Assembly: GCA_016937855.1 (NCBI GenBank)
Contig: JAFGVU010000025.1
Span: forward strand, 464 to 64,463
Direction: 5' to 3'
From: Bacteroidales bacterium
GTDB taxonomy: Bacteria > Bacteroidota > Bacteroidia > Bacteroidales > ML635J-15
Length of the DNA: 64,000 nt
In this document: positions 19,148 through 29,500 of the stretch, one piece after another
Layout: each line of letters opens with the position of its first letter
Numbering within the stretch: position 1 is the first letter of the stretch
The notes under the pieces: model-generated
Seen by the model: the letters and a program-made list of their open reading frames with translations, nothing else
What the model was told of the DNA's origin: nothing
Databases searched by the model: none
Position numbers and translations under genes: made by a program

Positions 19148-19500
19148 AAACGATTTTAGAACCCACACAAAAAACGCCGGGCATTTATATTGATGAGAGT
19201 TCCTGTCAACTATCCATAGCAGGACGTTTGATTCCCGAAAATCCCGAAGTTTTTTTTAAAGAGCTACATACTCAATATGCTTCATTTTTTGACAAGTTTA
19301 CCGAAATAAGCATAAAATTTGATTTAGAGTATTTTAATACGGGTGCAGCAAGATATCTATATAAATTTTTTACTTCCATAAAGGATGCATCAAATTTATC
19401 AATTACATGGGTTTACGAAACGGATGACGAGGACATATTTGAGAGCGGCAAAGAGTTTGAAAATTTGACAGGGCTAAAATTTGATTTTGAGACTAAATAG
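19144..19500 (+). CDS. SiaC-like DUF1987 regulatory phosphoprotein
   Basis: TQKTPGIYID...LSIAGRLIPENPEVFF...LEYFNTGAARYLYKFF...ITWVYETDDEDIFESGKEF aligns with the SiaC/DUF1987 pattern. ATGA overlap with the upstream kinase. Confidence 0.7.
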   Translation: MKTILEPTQKTPGIYIDESSCQLSIAGRLIPENPEVFFKELHTQYASFFDKFTEISIKFDLEYFNTGAARYLYKFFTSIKDASNLSITWVYETDDEDIFESGKEFENLTGLKFDFETK

Positions 19501-19504
19501 TATT

Positions 19505-20842
19505 TTAGAAAAAATACGCAATTTTATGAATTGCAGAAGGCAATGCAAATAGCACAACTTTATCGTTAGGTTTTATTTGAGTATCTCCCATTGCGATAAA
19601 GCTTTTAGAGCCACGAACAACTCCGGCAATTATCACCCCTTCGGGGAACTCGACATCTCGAAGTTTATTTTTAGTTATAATGGCATCTCTGGATGTTATA
19701 AACTCTAGCACTTCTGCGTCAGTACCTGTCAGACATTTAATAGAAGCAACTTCTGCTTTCATAGTAAGTGTGTAAATAGTACTAGCGGCACTCAATTTTT
19801 TATTTATGATTGTATCAATCCCCATTTTGGAGGCAATTTCGATATAATCCAGATTTTCGATTTCGGCAATTGTTTTTTTAACCCCATATCGTTTTGCGAG
19901 TAAACAAGTTAGAATATTTGTTTCAGCATCACCTGTTACCGCAACAAAAGCATCAGTTTTTTCAAGTCCTTCCTCCATCAACACATCAATATTTCGGCCG
20001 TCACCGTTTATAATCATAGTATTTGGCAAAAGATCAACAAGTTTAAAGCTTTTTTCGTTATCGAATTCAATCATTTTCACATTTAAATGATTCTCTAAAA
20101 ACTTTGCCGATTTGATACCAATTCGGCTTCCACCAAGAAACATAACATTATTAAGCTCTAGTTTGTCCTTACCGGCGGTTTTCAGAAGACTTGGTATTCC
20201 TTCGGGATTTGTTATAATATATATAACATCTCCCTCAAGAAGCATATCTTGTCCACGAGGAATTATTGTTTCTCCATTTCTAGTAATTGCAACAGCTCTA
20301 TAGTTTTTATTTCTAGCAACAGTAGAGGCTTCACGCAAAGTCATGTTAACTATTGATGATTTTTCGTCGAGTTTAATTACAAATAATGTTAGTTTTCCTC
20401 CTGAGAACTCAAATATCTCCGTAGAACCGGTTTGCTTAATTACGCCCACTACCTCTTTTGCAGCAATATATTCTGGATAAATAAGTCTATCCACACCCAA
20501 ATTAATAAAAGTTAACTTATTTAAAGGGTTAAGATACTCCATATTGTCAACTCGGGCAACAGTTTTTTTTGCCCCAAGCTTTTTTGCAAAAACGCATGAC
20601 AAAATATTTGTATCTTCCGAATTTGTAACAGCAATAAACAAATCGCATCCTGCAGTTTTAGCTTCCTTTAAAACGTCAAAAGAAGTGCAAGACCCCTCAA
20701 CACACATTACATCATAAGCACTATCAACTTCTTTTAAAATATCAGAGCGAATATCAACCATTACAATATCATGGTTTTCTTTGGTAAGCATTTTTGCTAA
20801 ATAAGCCCCAACATCACCTGCTCCTGAAATAACAATCTTCAT
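19505..20842 (-). CDS. trkA: Trk potassium-uptake system NAD-binding subunit TrkA
   Basis: Two tandem RCK N/C modules: MKIVISGAGDVGAYLA and the second FLGGSRIGIKSA. Confidence 0.9.
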   Translation of the reverse strand: MKIVISGAGDVGAYLAKMLTKENHDIVMVDIRSDILKEVDSAYDVMCVEGSCTSFDVLKEAKTAGCDLFIAVTNSEDTNILSCVFAKKLGAKKTVARVDNMEYLNPLNKLTFINLGVDRLIYPEYIAAKEVVGVIKQTGSTEIFEFSGGKLTLFVIKLDEKSSIVNMTLREASTVARNKNYRAVAITRNGETIIPRGQDMLLEGDVIYIITNPEGIPSLLKTAGKDKLELNNVMFLGGSRIGIKSAKFLENHLNVKMIEFDNEKSFKLVDLLPNTMIINGDGRNIDVLMEEGLEKTDAFVAVTGDAETNILTCLLAKRYGVKKTIAEIENLDYIEIASKMGIDTIINKKLSAASTIYTLTMKAEVASIKCLTGTDAEVLEFITSRDAIITKNKLRDVEFPEGVIIAGVVRGSKSFIAMGDTQIKPNDKVVLFALPSAIHKIAYFF

Positions 20843-20939
20843 TTTTTCATATTATTAAAGTGCAAAAATAATTATTTTGCTTGTATAAATGACCTTCCTA
20901 ATCTTTTTTAACAAAACCTTAATCTAATCTCAAAACAAA

Positions 20940-21818
20940 CTAATTCGAGTTTTTTAATATTTTAAGCACTCTGTCTGCATATCTTAACTCAAAACCTTCT
21001 AGCTTTCTATGTTTCAAGGCAAGAATTCGCATCTCAAAGAAATATGTAAGATACTCTAAATAAGACATATTTTTTATTTGCTCTAATTTTGTTTCAATTT
21101 TGTGCTCCTTTAGGTACTTATCAATTAACTGATGATTAATAAACTCGCCTTGATCGTATGGGTGAATATAAAAAACCGCTCCATTATGCTCTTCATCAAA
21201 AACAGCATCGGCAAGCTCTTCGTCAACATAACTCAACAAAAATAGACCCGGTAATGCCAAAGGATACAAAGGCAAACTAACTCTTTCAGCAATAACACAA
21301 TACAATAGTGAAATACTTGGGGCTACGAATTTTCGATAATTTACACAGTTTGCAAAGCTCAAATACTCGGGTTTAAACTCCCCAACCGGATATTTTTTAA
21401 AGTTTTGATTTTCAAATAATATCTTACCAATTAGTTTAACCTTTTCTATACCCGTTAACTGTTCGTTAAACTCGAGCCAAACTGACTGTACAATATTTTC
21501 TGTTTCGTTTAATAATACCTCTGTATCCAAATCACGATTAAAATATTGTTCTAAGACAACAGCGCCGTCCATCAGTCCTGAATCCCTTCCGTTTATAGCA
21601 GTTTCTAATTGCTTCTCAAATCCGATAAGAAAAATCTCATCTAATAGATCCTCTGACCTTTCAATTGCAAGTTCATTTACCGATAAGGCATGATAATTTT
21701 CAAGATAAATTTTAAATAATTCAGAATTATCCAAGATTTGTTTTCTAAGAATATGATAAACATTATTATCCGGATCTTCGAGCAGTTTTAAAAGAGATAT
21801 TATTTCGGTTTTATTCAT
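20940..21818 (-). CDS. Hypothetical protein, possibly SirB1/transglutaminase-like superfamily
   Basis: A 292-aa ORF overlapping the RelA/SpoT stop by 8 nt. The family assignment is only an impression. Confidence 0.5.
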   Translation of the reverse strand: MNKTEIISLLKLLEDPDNNVYHILRKQILDNSELFKIYLENYHALSVNELAIERSEDLLDEIFLIGFEKQLETAINGRDSGLMDGAVVLEQYFNRDLDTEVLLNETENIVQSVWLEFNEQLTGIEKVKLIGKILFENQNFKKYPVGEFKPEYLSFANCVNYRKFVAPSISLLYCVIAERVSLPLYPLALPGLFLLSYVDEELADAVFDEEHNGAVFYIHPYDQGEFINHQLIDKYLKEHKIETKLEQIKNMSYLEYLTYFFEMRILALKHRKLEGFELRYADRVLKILKNSN

Positions 21819-24021
21819 TTTCAGATTCTTCTATTCTAGTTACTTTATTAACGCCTTTAATTCTAATAATTCTAGCAATTAAGTCTTCGAGATCTTGCGC
21901 ATGATGAACGTATAACTTAATTTCACCATAAAACACTCCATCATTTGTTTCTATACTTATAGCCTTAATATTAACATCTGCTTCCTGACTTATAGCTTTA
22001 GTTATATTGTAAACTATCCCAATTTGATCGACCCCTTCGACTTTTATAGTTACTAAAAACGACAACAACTTATAGCTTGTCCATTTAACAGAAATTATCT
22101 TTTCACCTTGTTTTGCAGCGAGATTATGCAATATTGAACAAGACTTTTTATGTATTATTACTGAGTTATTTGGATTAACATATCCTGCTACCTCATCTCC
22201 GGGGATTGGGTTACAACATGTTGCTAGTGTAAATCTCTGATTATCAACATCATCGATTACAAATGTATTTTTATCTTTCTTTTGTTTTTTGCCTTTTTGT
22301 TTACCAAGAGTTAACCTCCAATATTTTGCAAAGATATTTGTTGAACCTTTTAACAAGTGCTTTTCTAGATCATCTATTTGAATTGCTCCTGTACCAATTT
22401 TTCGATAGAATTCTTCCTTATTTGGGGCATTGTAACTTTGTCTTAATTCTTTAAACGTTTTATGATTTAGATTTAAACTTAAGTCATGTACTTTTTGAAT
22501 AAACATCTCCTGCCCTTTTTCGATATTATGAAGGCGTTCTTCTTTAAGTGAGCTTTTAATCTTTGATTTTGCTTTAGTTGTAATTGCAAAGCTAAGCCAT
22601 TCACGTTTTGGGGCTTGTTTTGATGATGTAAGTATTTCGACTTGATCGCCACTATGCAAAACATGAGAAAGCGGCTGAAGTTTATGATTAACTTTTGCAG
22701 CAATAGCAGTATTCCCGATTTCGGTATGAATCTCGTATGCAAGATCAATTACTGTGGATCCTTTCGGAATTTTTTTGATTTCACCTTTAGGAGTAAATAC
22801 GTAAACTTCGGTTGTAAAAATATTAAGTTTAAAATCATCCAAGAAAGCTAACGAATCGACCTGATTATTTGAAAGTGAATTTTGGAGTGTGTTAATTAAA
22901 ACATCCAGACTTCCAGATGAACCTCCATCATTGGTTTTATATTTCCAATGTGATGCCAAACCTTTTTCAGCGATATCGTCCATTTTGCGACTACGGATTT
23001 GCACTTCGACCCATTGACCTCGAGGCCCCATTACAGTAATATGCAGTGCTTCGTATCCATTTGCTTTAGGGTTTTTAACCCAATCTCTTATTCTCTGCTC
23101 ATGATGCGGATAAATGTCGGTAATAAGTGCCATTATTTGGTAACACTGCGAACGAGCTTGCTTATCTTCATAATTATCGGGATGATCAAAGACTATACGA
23201 ATTGCAAAAAGATCATAAATCTCTTCGAATGGAACTCCTTTATTCTGCATTTTATTCCATATAGAATAAATCGACTTTAGGCGTCCCTTAATGGTAAATT
23301 TTATTCCTTCGTTTTCGAGGACTTTTTTTAAAGGATCGATAATTTCGTCAATATATTTTGCTCTTTCCTGCTCAGTTTCCTTAAACTTTCGTTCAATTTC
23401 TCGATAAATTAGAGGATGTTCATATTTAAGAGCAAGATCTTCTAGTTCCGTTTTTATTGAATAAAGTCCCAACCTGTGAGCCAATGGTGCGTAGAGATAT
23501 ACAGTTTCGCTGCAAATTTTCACTTGCTTATATTCGGGCATAGAATCCAATGTGCGCATATTGTGTAACCTATCGGCAAGCTTAATAAAAATAACTCTCA
23601 CATCTTGCGACATTGTCATTAGCATTTTGCGGAAGTTCTCAACCTGCAGCGATGCATCCTTATCAAGCACATTAGAGATTTTTGTTAAGCCGTCAATCAT
23701 TCCGGCGATAGTCGTTCCAAACAGTCTTTCGATATCAACTAGAGTATAATCTGTATCCTCAACAACATCATGAAGCAAAGCGCTGGCAATTGATTTAGGA
23801 CCCAAACCGATTTCTTCGGCAACTATGCGAGCAACAGCAATAGGATGAGAAAAATATGGTTCCCCTGATTTTCTCCTCATCTTAGAGTGTGCTTCGTTGG
23901 CTAAATCAAATGCCCTCCGGACTAGATCTTTATCTTCATCGGATTTTACACGTTTACTAACTTTAACCAACTCATCGAATTGCTCTTCAATCCATATTAT
24001 CTCCTCTTTTGTCAGACTCAT
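21811..24021 (-). CDS. Bifunctional RelA/SpoT-homologue (p)ppGpp synthetase/hydrolase
   Basis: HD hydrolase (HPIAVA...LHDVVEDT), synthetase core (RLKSIYSIWNKM, DLFAIRIV) and TGS and ACT domains. Confidence 0.95.
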   Translation of the reverse strand: MSLTKEEIIWIEEQFDELVKVSKRVKSDEDKDLVRRAFDLANEAHSKMRRKSGEPYFSHPIAVARIVAEEIGLGPKSIASALLHDVVEDTDYTLVDIERLFGTTIAGMIDGLTKISNVLDKDASLQVENFRKMLMTMSQDVRVIFIKLADRLHNMRTLDSMPEYKQVKICSETVYLYAPLAHRLGLYSIKTELEDLALKYEHPLIYREIERKFKETEQERAKYIDEIIDPLKKVLENEGIKFTIKGRLKSIYSIWNKMQNKGVPFEEIYDLFAIRIVFDHPDNYEDKQARSQCYQIMALITDIYPHHEQRIRDWVKNPKANGYEALHITVMGPRGQWVEVQIRSRKMDDIAEKGLASHWKYKTNDGGSSGSLDVLINTLQNSLSNNQVDSLAFLDDFKLNIFTTEVYVFTPKGEIKKIPKGSTVIDLAYEIHTEIGNTAIAAKVNHKLQPLSHVLHSGDQVEILTSSKQAPKREWLSFAITTKAKSKIKSSLKEERLHNIEKGQEMFIQKVHDLSLNLNHKTFKELRQSYNAPNKEEFYRKIGTGAIQIDDLEKHLLKGSTNIFAKYWRLTLGKQKGKKQKKDKNTFVIDDVDNQRFTLATCCNPIPGDEVAGYVNPNNSVIIHKKSCSILHNLAAKQGEKIISVKWTSYKLLSFLVTIKVEGVDQIGIVYNITKAISQEADVNIKAISIETNDGVFYGEIKLYVHHAQDLEDLIARIIRIKGVNKVTRIEESENE

Positions 24022-24210
24022 AGAAAATGTTGCAGTTAGAAAATTTATAATTCACAAATATAGTAAATATTTAGTTGATAATAATAGTGTATTAAAGATG
24101 ATATTGCACAAAACGAAAAACATTTTGCTAATAAAATGTTCTTCCATGTTGCGGGATTAGAGTCAGCAAAATCCAGTAGTATACGATAAAAAATGTTATT
24201 TAGGAAAACA

Positions 24211-25734
24211 CTAATCAATAAACAAAAAGAATGTTCCGGTTTTAATATATTCCTTTCCTTGATGATTAAAATACCTGACGAAATAAGTATAATATTGCGA
24301 AGGAGCCAATTGGGAGTAATTAATTTGCCCATTCCAACCTTCATAGGTTTCTTCAGTTTTAAATACTTCTTGTCCAAATCTATCATAAACAATAAATTCG
24401 TATGGTTCGCTCTCAACAAACGACAAAACCGGTTTAAATTCTCTATTTTCAGGTTCCACCGAAGTCGCATTAAAAGCATTCGGTATCCATACTACAGGAT
24501 CGTGATATACGCAATCAATGTTTGAACGGCTTACGCCCTGTGACGAAGCAAATTCAGGCGACTCACTTTCATAAGCCTCAACATAATAGCAAAACTCATT
24601 AGTCATGTGAATCTTTCTATCATGGCAATAATTAACATACCAATCGATATTATAAGTGTAGTCTAAATCGCCAGGAGTATTCACTCCAATTTCACTTCTA
24701 TTACCATCAAAATACCGAAATACTTTGTAGTTACTTACTCCATTTGACCAAGCATAGTAACCTGTCCAAAAAATATCATGCGAAAGATTATCATCTGTTA
24801 AAACATTCAAAATTATGTTTGAGGCAATATTTGAGTAAGCCATTTCAACACCACACGGATTAACAGCTGTTAGACGATAATAATATCTGTATTCGTTAAC
24901 ATTCACATCATAATCAACATGCATTACCTCGTTTTGTCCGGAGTTTGGATAAGATTTAATAGTTGTAAATGTACCATCCGATGATGCTGATCGTTGTACT
25001 CTATATTCCAAAACTTCAGCAGAATTATCAACGATAAAGCTAACGACAATATTTTCGCCATCAACACTTGCATATTGAGCGTGCATATACTCAGGTGCAA
25101 TGTAGGAGTTCGTTGTCAGCTCTACTGAATTCGATGTGGCCCTAAGCCCCGAATTACTAATCGCCTCAACGTAATAATAATAAGTTTGATTGTCGGAAAC
25201 GTCATCATCAGTAAAGGCAAGTTTATCGGCCGACAGACTCTGAATAACCGAATATGGTCCTCCTTCGGCGCGACGATAAACTTTGAATGAATTAATCCCA
25301 TTTGACCAACCTTCATAAGCAGTCCAATCGAGTTTCACCTCTGTGTTACATTTATCGAACTCCAGATTTAAAAACATAGTAGTATGAGGGTCAGTAATAC
25401 TGCTTTTAAAATCCAGAGCATCAAAAGCAGCAAGTCGAAACTTTTCAGGTTTAACAATCAGATTAGGCATTGTGTACTCAAAAGATGTTGTTAAACGACC
25501 AAAAACGGTATCGATTGTTTCAGTTATTCCACCAATTACCTGATAAACAATATATCCTTCCACATCTATAGAATCGCTTGGGCTCCACCTCAACTCAACA
25601 GTTGTTGGGTCAGACTCCGGGATAATACTTGCAGATGTAAACACAGGAGGATCAGGAATATCTGTTTGTGATACCATTGCCTGTGAAATAACACAAGTAA
25701 AAAAAACAATAATTATAACTTTTAGCCTATTCAT
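24211..25734 (-). CDS. Secreted FN3/Ig-repeat protein with a T9SS type-B (gliding-associated) C-terminal domain
   Basis: Trimmed to MNRLKVIIIVFF. C-terminus VWIPNAFNA...FKP...YEFIVYDRFGQEVF...GWNG...YYTYFVRY. Confidence 0.75.
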   Translation of the reverse strand: MNRLKVIIIVFFTCVISQAMVSQTDIPDPPVFTSASIIPESDPTTVELRWSPSDSIDVEGYIVYQVIGGITETIDTVFGRLTTSFEYTMPNLIVKPEKFRLAAFDALDFKSSITDPHTTMFLNLEFDKCNTEVKLDWTAYEGWSNGINSFKVYRRAEGGPYSVIQSLSADKLAFTDDDVSDNQTYYYYVEAISNSGLRATSNSVELTTNSYIAPEYMHAQYASVDGENIVVSFIVDNSAEVLEYRVQRSASSDGTFTTIKSYPNSGQNEVMHVDYDVNVNEYRYYYRLTAVNPCGVEMAYSNIASNIILNVLTDDNLSHDIFWTGYYAWSNGVSNYKVFRYFDGNRSEIGVNTPGDLDYTYNIDWYVNYCHDRKIHMTNEFCYYVEAYESESPEFASSQGVSRSNIDCVYHDPVVWIPNAFNATSVEPENREFKPVLSFVESEPYEFIVYDRFGQEVFKTEETYEGWNGQINYSQLAPSQYYTYFVRYFNHQGKEYIKTGTFFLFID

Positions 25735-25785
25735 AATAAATTTATCTTCAATACATAAACGCAAAAAAACATAAAAAAGCAGCCT

Positions 25786-26403
25786 CTAATCAAGATTTTT
25801 TACAAAAAACAACTGATTATCGATAAATGTTTGCTCAAAACCCATTTTTCTGAGGAATTTACTGTGCCCCTTATGAAATGATTTTGCAACTATTTTTTGT
25901 ATTCCCATCTTTTTAAAGTAGCCGGGATTTTGCTTAAAAATATAACTTCCGATTTCTTTATCACGATAGATTGGTTTGGTGTAGTCAACTTCGATAGTTA
26001 AGATATTCTCGGTGATACTACCGATAAGAATCCCCGCAAGGTTCATATCGCGCATAACCAAAAAGCACTTATGTGATTTATGTGGTTCGTAAAAAGGGAA
26101 ATAATTATAAATATCTCTCTTATAGTTTTTTACGAACTCGACAACATAATTATTATCATGTTCAACTTCTAAAAGTTTTATAGATGCTTTGCTTTTCTGC
26201 AATTTTACAATTTGAACAATATAAAAAATCAAAACAAAAACCATTAAAGCAGTAATAGGATATATTGGTCTTATAAGGCTATAAGCCAGTAATAAACCAA
26301 TTGCCAGAAATACAATGATGCGACGTTGAGTCTTGCCATAAGCAAAAAACCCAAGCAATCCAGTTGCAACTCCTGCAAATCCTATTATGTCGATATTTTC
26401 CAT
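25786..26403 (-). CDS. Membrane-anchored GNAT-family N-acetyltransferase-like protein
   Basis: Three N-terminal hydrophobic helices followed by a GNAT-like C-terminal region (RDKEIGSYIF...KMGF). Confidence 0.5.
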   Translation of the reverse strand: MENIDIIGFAGVATGLLGFFAYGKTQRRIIVFLAIGLLLAYSLIRPIYPITALMVFVLIFYIVQIVKLQKSKASIKLLEVEHDNNYVVEFVKNYKRDIYNYFPFYEPHKSHKCFLVMRDMNLAGILIGSITENILTIEVDYTKPIYRDKEIGSYIFKQNPGYFKKMGIQKIVAKSFHKGHSKFLRKMGFEQTFIDNQLFFVKNLD

Positions 26404-26508
26404 AAAAAAAGCATCCCAAAAGTATTACTTTTTTTTGCATTATCAAAGATATAAATCAATTTAACGCAATAATAATACTTATGGGATGCAAATTTCTATA
26501 TTAGTCAA

Positions 26509-29500
26509 TTAAAGCTTTACTATTTTAACAGTATATACTTTTTGACTATTAACAATTCTCACAAAAACATTTCCGTTACTAAGTTCAGATATATCAACTC
26601 TTTCGACACTATTATTAAGTGTTCCTTGAGTAATAATTCTTCCTGTAACATCAATAATTTCGTAGTTAGCCCCTTGACAATTTAGGATATTTATAATACC
26701 ATTACTTGGATTAGGATAAACCTCAACACTTCCGAAACCAAAGTCCACAATATTATTTGCATTAACCTGAATTCTAAAGTCTTGCTCAGCGGAAAACATC
26801 CCGTCCGAGACTTCCAATACGACTTGGAAACCTAAGAAACTTGTTGTAGTAGGAGTACCGGTAATCGTAGCAGTACCATCTCCATTATCAACAAAACTCG
26901 CCCAATCCGGTAAAGTAGTTGCATCAATTGTTAAATCATCGTCCTGATCGTCTTCAGCAACAGCAGTGTAAGAATAAGCTGTATTCTGAACTTGAACAGT
27001 AATTGGAGTTGATGTAAAATATGGAGCTGTGTTAGATGTGTTTACAGTAACAACAAAACTTTGCTCAGCATCATACTCACCATTTGAAGCATTTAAAGTT
27101 ACGTTAAATGTTTCGGTTTCTGAGGCTATCTCAGGAGCTGTACCTGAAAGAGTTGCAGTACCGTCGCCATTATCGACAATTGTTAACCAAGCTGGAACAG
27201 TTGGAGCTGTAATTGTAAGAGTAAGAGAATTAGGATCAACAGCAACAACATTATATGTGTATGTTTCGAACTCAGTTACTTCCAATTCAGGAGAAGAAGT
27301 AAAGTAAGGATCATCTGTTGGAGCTAAACCAACCCATTTATAAATACCGCCTGAGTTTTCGTCCCAGTTAAATCCACCAGCCCATCCTGTTGATGCGCTA
27401 AACATTTCGACATTTGTGTATTGAATAGAATCATCAAGAACATTCCATGTTGTTCCGTAGTCTTGTGTGTAAGCAGAAAAATTCAAATCAACAGTTGCAG
27501 AAATTTTGGTTCCTACATACATACCTGCTGTTCCGGGAACAGCAGAAACGTCAGAAAGATATTGATCTTCAACCGGAATTGATGACCAAGTTTCTCCACC
27601 ATCACTGGTTTTAATCATTGTCCAACTTTCGATAGTACCTGTAGTTTGATCTGTAACTTGACAAATAGCCACTCCATTGTCGGCATCTGAAAAAGAAATT
27701 GTACTAATGTTTGCCTCACCCGAATCGTAAACAGACCATGTTTGACCTTTATCGGTTGTTTTAAAGATTCTACCTGTATTTGTACCAAACCAAGCAACAT
27801 CTCCAACAGCATCAGCTACGCCAGTCCAGCCCATTTCTCCTGATTCCGGATCCGGAATATTAGCACCATCAAGCAAAGTCCATGTATCACCACCGTCTGT
27901 TGTTGTATAAATCTCGAACTCCCCACCAATTGGATCACCCTGACAGTATCCTTCGTTTTCGTTAAACATGTGAATAACATTTGTAAAACTAGCTGCATCA
28001 GCAAATGCCGCTGAGCTTTGATGAGTCCAAGTTGCTCCGGCATCAGCAGTTTTGTATATACCACCACCTCCGTTAACATCATAAACTGCAAGCCAAGCCG
28101 TTGTAGCACTAACTGCCGAAATATCTCCGGGAGCGTAATTTGTAGCAACATCAATTTCACCTGGTGTCCAGGTTGTACCAGCATCAGAAGTAACGGCGAA
28201 GTCACGAGTTATACTGCCGCCTGTACCGTCATAAGTTAAAATCCAAGCAGTGTTATCATCCACAATATCGGTAAGCCAAACACCACGGAAATCAGCAGCA
28301 AAGTGAGTGTTTTGCTCAATCCAAGCGCTTTCGGCAATGCTTCCACTTTGACCTACAATAATAAAATAAGTTTTAATTTCGGTATCTGAGTTAACACCAT
28401 CTCCGGCAGTTAAAGTAACCTGATAAACACCCTCAGTATCATATTGAATACCTGTTGGGTTTTGAACATCGCTAGTTGCAGGAGTTCCTCCTTCAAATTC
28501 CCAGGCCCATGTTGTTGGGGTTCCGGTTGTTAAGTCTGTAAAGTCAACTGTCTCGCCTGTAGCGATTACAACCTCACTTGCCATAAAATCGGCAACAAGC
28601 GGTGCATTTGCAGCAACTGCAGCATTTACAGCAGCAAGAGCATTGATACGTCCTGCTCCAATACTGTCAATAAAATCAGCATTTTGAGCATCAACATTAT
28701 CACAAGTTGATTGTAGAACATATTTAAGTTCTTCAGGTGTTAAATCAGGATTTGCTGATAAAATTAGTCCACACAAACCTGAGGTCACAGGACATGCCAT
28801 TGAGGTTCCTTGCATAAGGTCGTAGTTACCATCAACTCCATAAGTATTGGCACCACCAGTTGTTCCATTAATCATATCCCAAGCCGAACCAGCTTCGTTA
28901 GCAGTTGTACTAAGCATTGTAAAAGCTCCAATTCCAGCTAAACCGCCTGTTGCATATCCACCGGGAGCAAGAACATCAATCCAAGTACCATAATTCGAAA
29001 AATCAGATTTATTATCGCCAACATCACAAGAGCCAACAGCAATAACATGCTCTAATGCAGCAGGATACCCAACGTAGTTTACAGGAATATCAGGGTTCAT
29101 TTGAGTTTCCAATCCATTACCATTATTACCGGCAGCACCCACAAGAACACAACCTTGATTATATGCATAGTTTACAGTATTTTGCATAGTTTGGAAAAAC
29201 TGTGGACTTCCCCAAGACATGCTAATTACATCGGCACCATTATCAGCAGCATAAACGATTCCCTCGAAACCTGCTGCCATAGCTTGTCCATCACTTGCAT
29301 CATCACCAAGTTTAATTGCCATAATGCTTATTCCATTACCTATCGAAGCAACACCAATACCGTTGTTAGTTTCTGCACCGACTAAACCTGCAGAATGAGT
29401 ACCGTGCGACCAAATATAAGTTGCCTCAGGTGGATTTGGATCATCGTCTCCATTACCCAAATCGACGGCATGTGAGATTACATTTGTCAAATCAGGATGA

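Noticed and set aside
24045-24525. ORFs 24045..24479 (-) and 24193..24525 (+), spanning the relA upstream spacer and the 3' end of the T9SS type-B gene.
   Set aside because: They overlap the well-supported C-terminal sorting domain of the 24211..25734 gene and AT-rich spacer. They have no motifs and implausible composition.
27816-28205. Large antisense or alternate-frame ORFs inside long genes. Examples: 27816..28205, 27029..27307, 29101..29385, 51121..51570, 38771..39160, 42025..42360, 42586..42990, 60887..61225, 1667..2026, 2690..3397.
   Set aside because: Each is fully embedded in a much longer ORF with strong family motifs on the other frame or strand. Their products are low-complexity or Leu/Ser/Gln-rich shadow translations.
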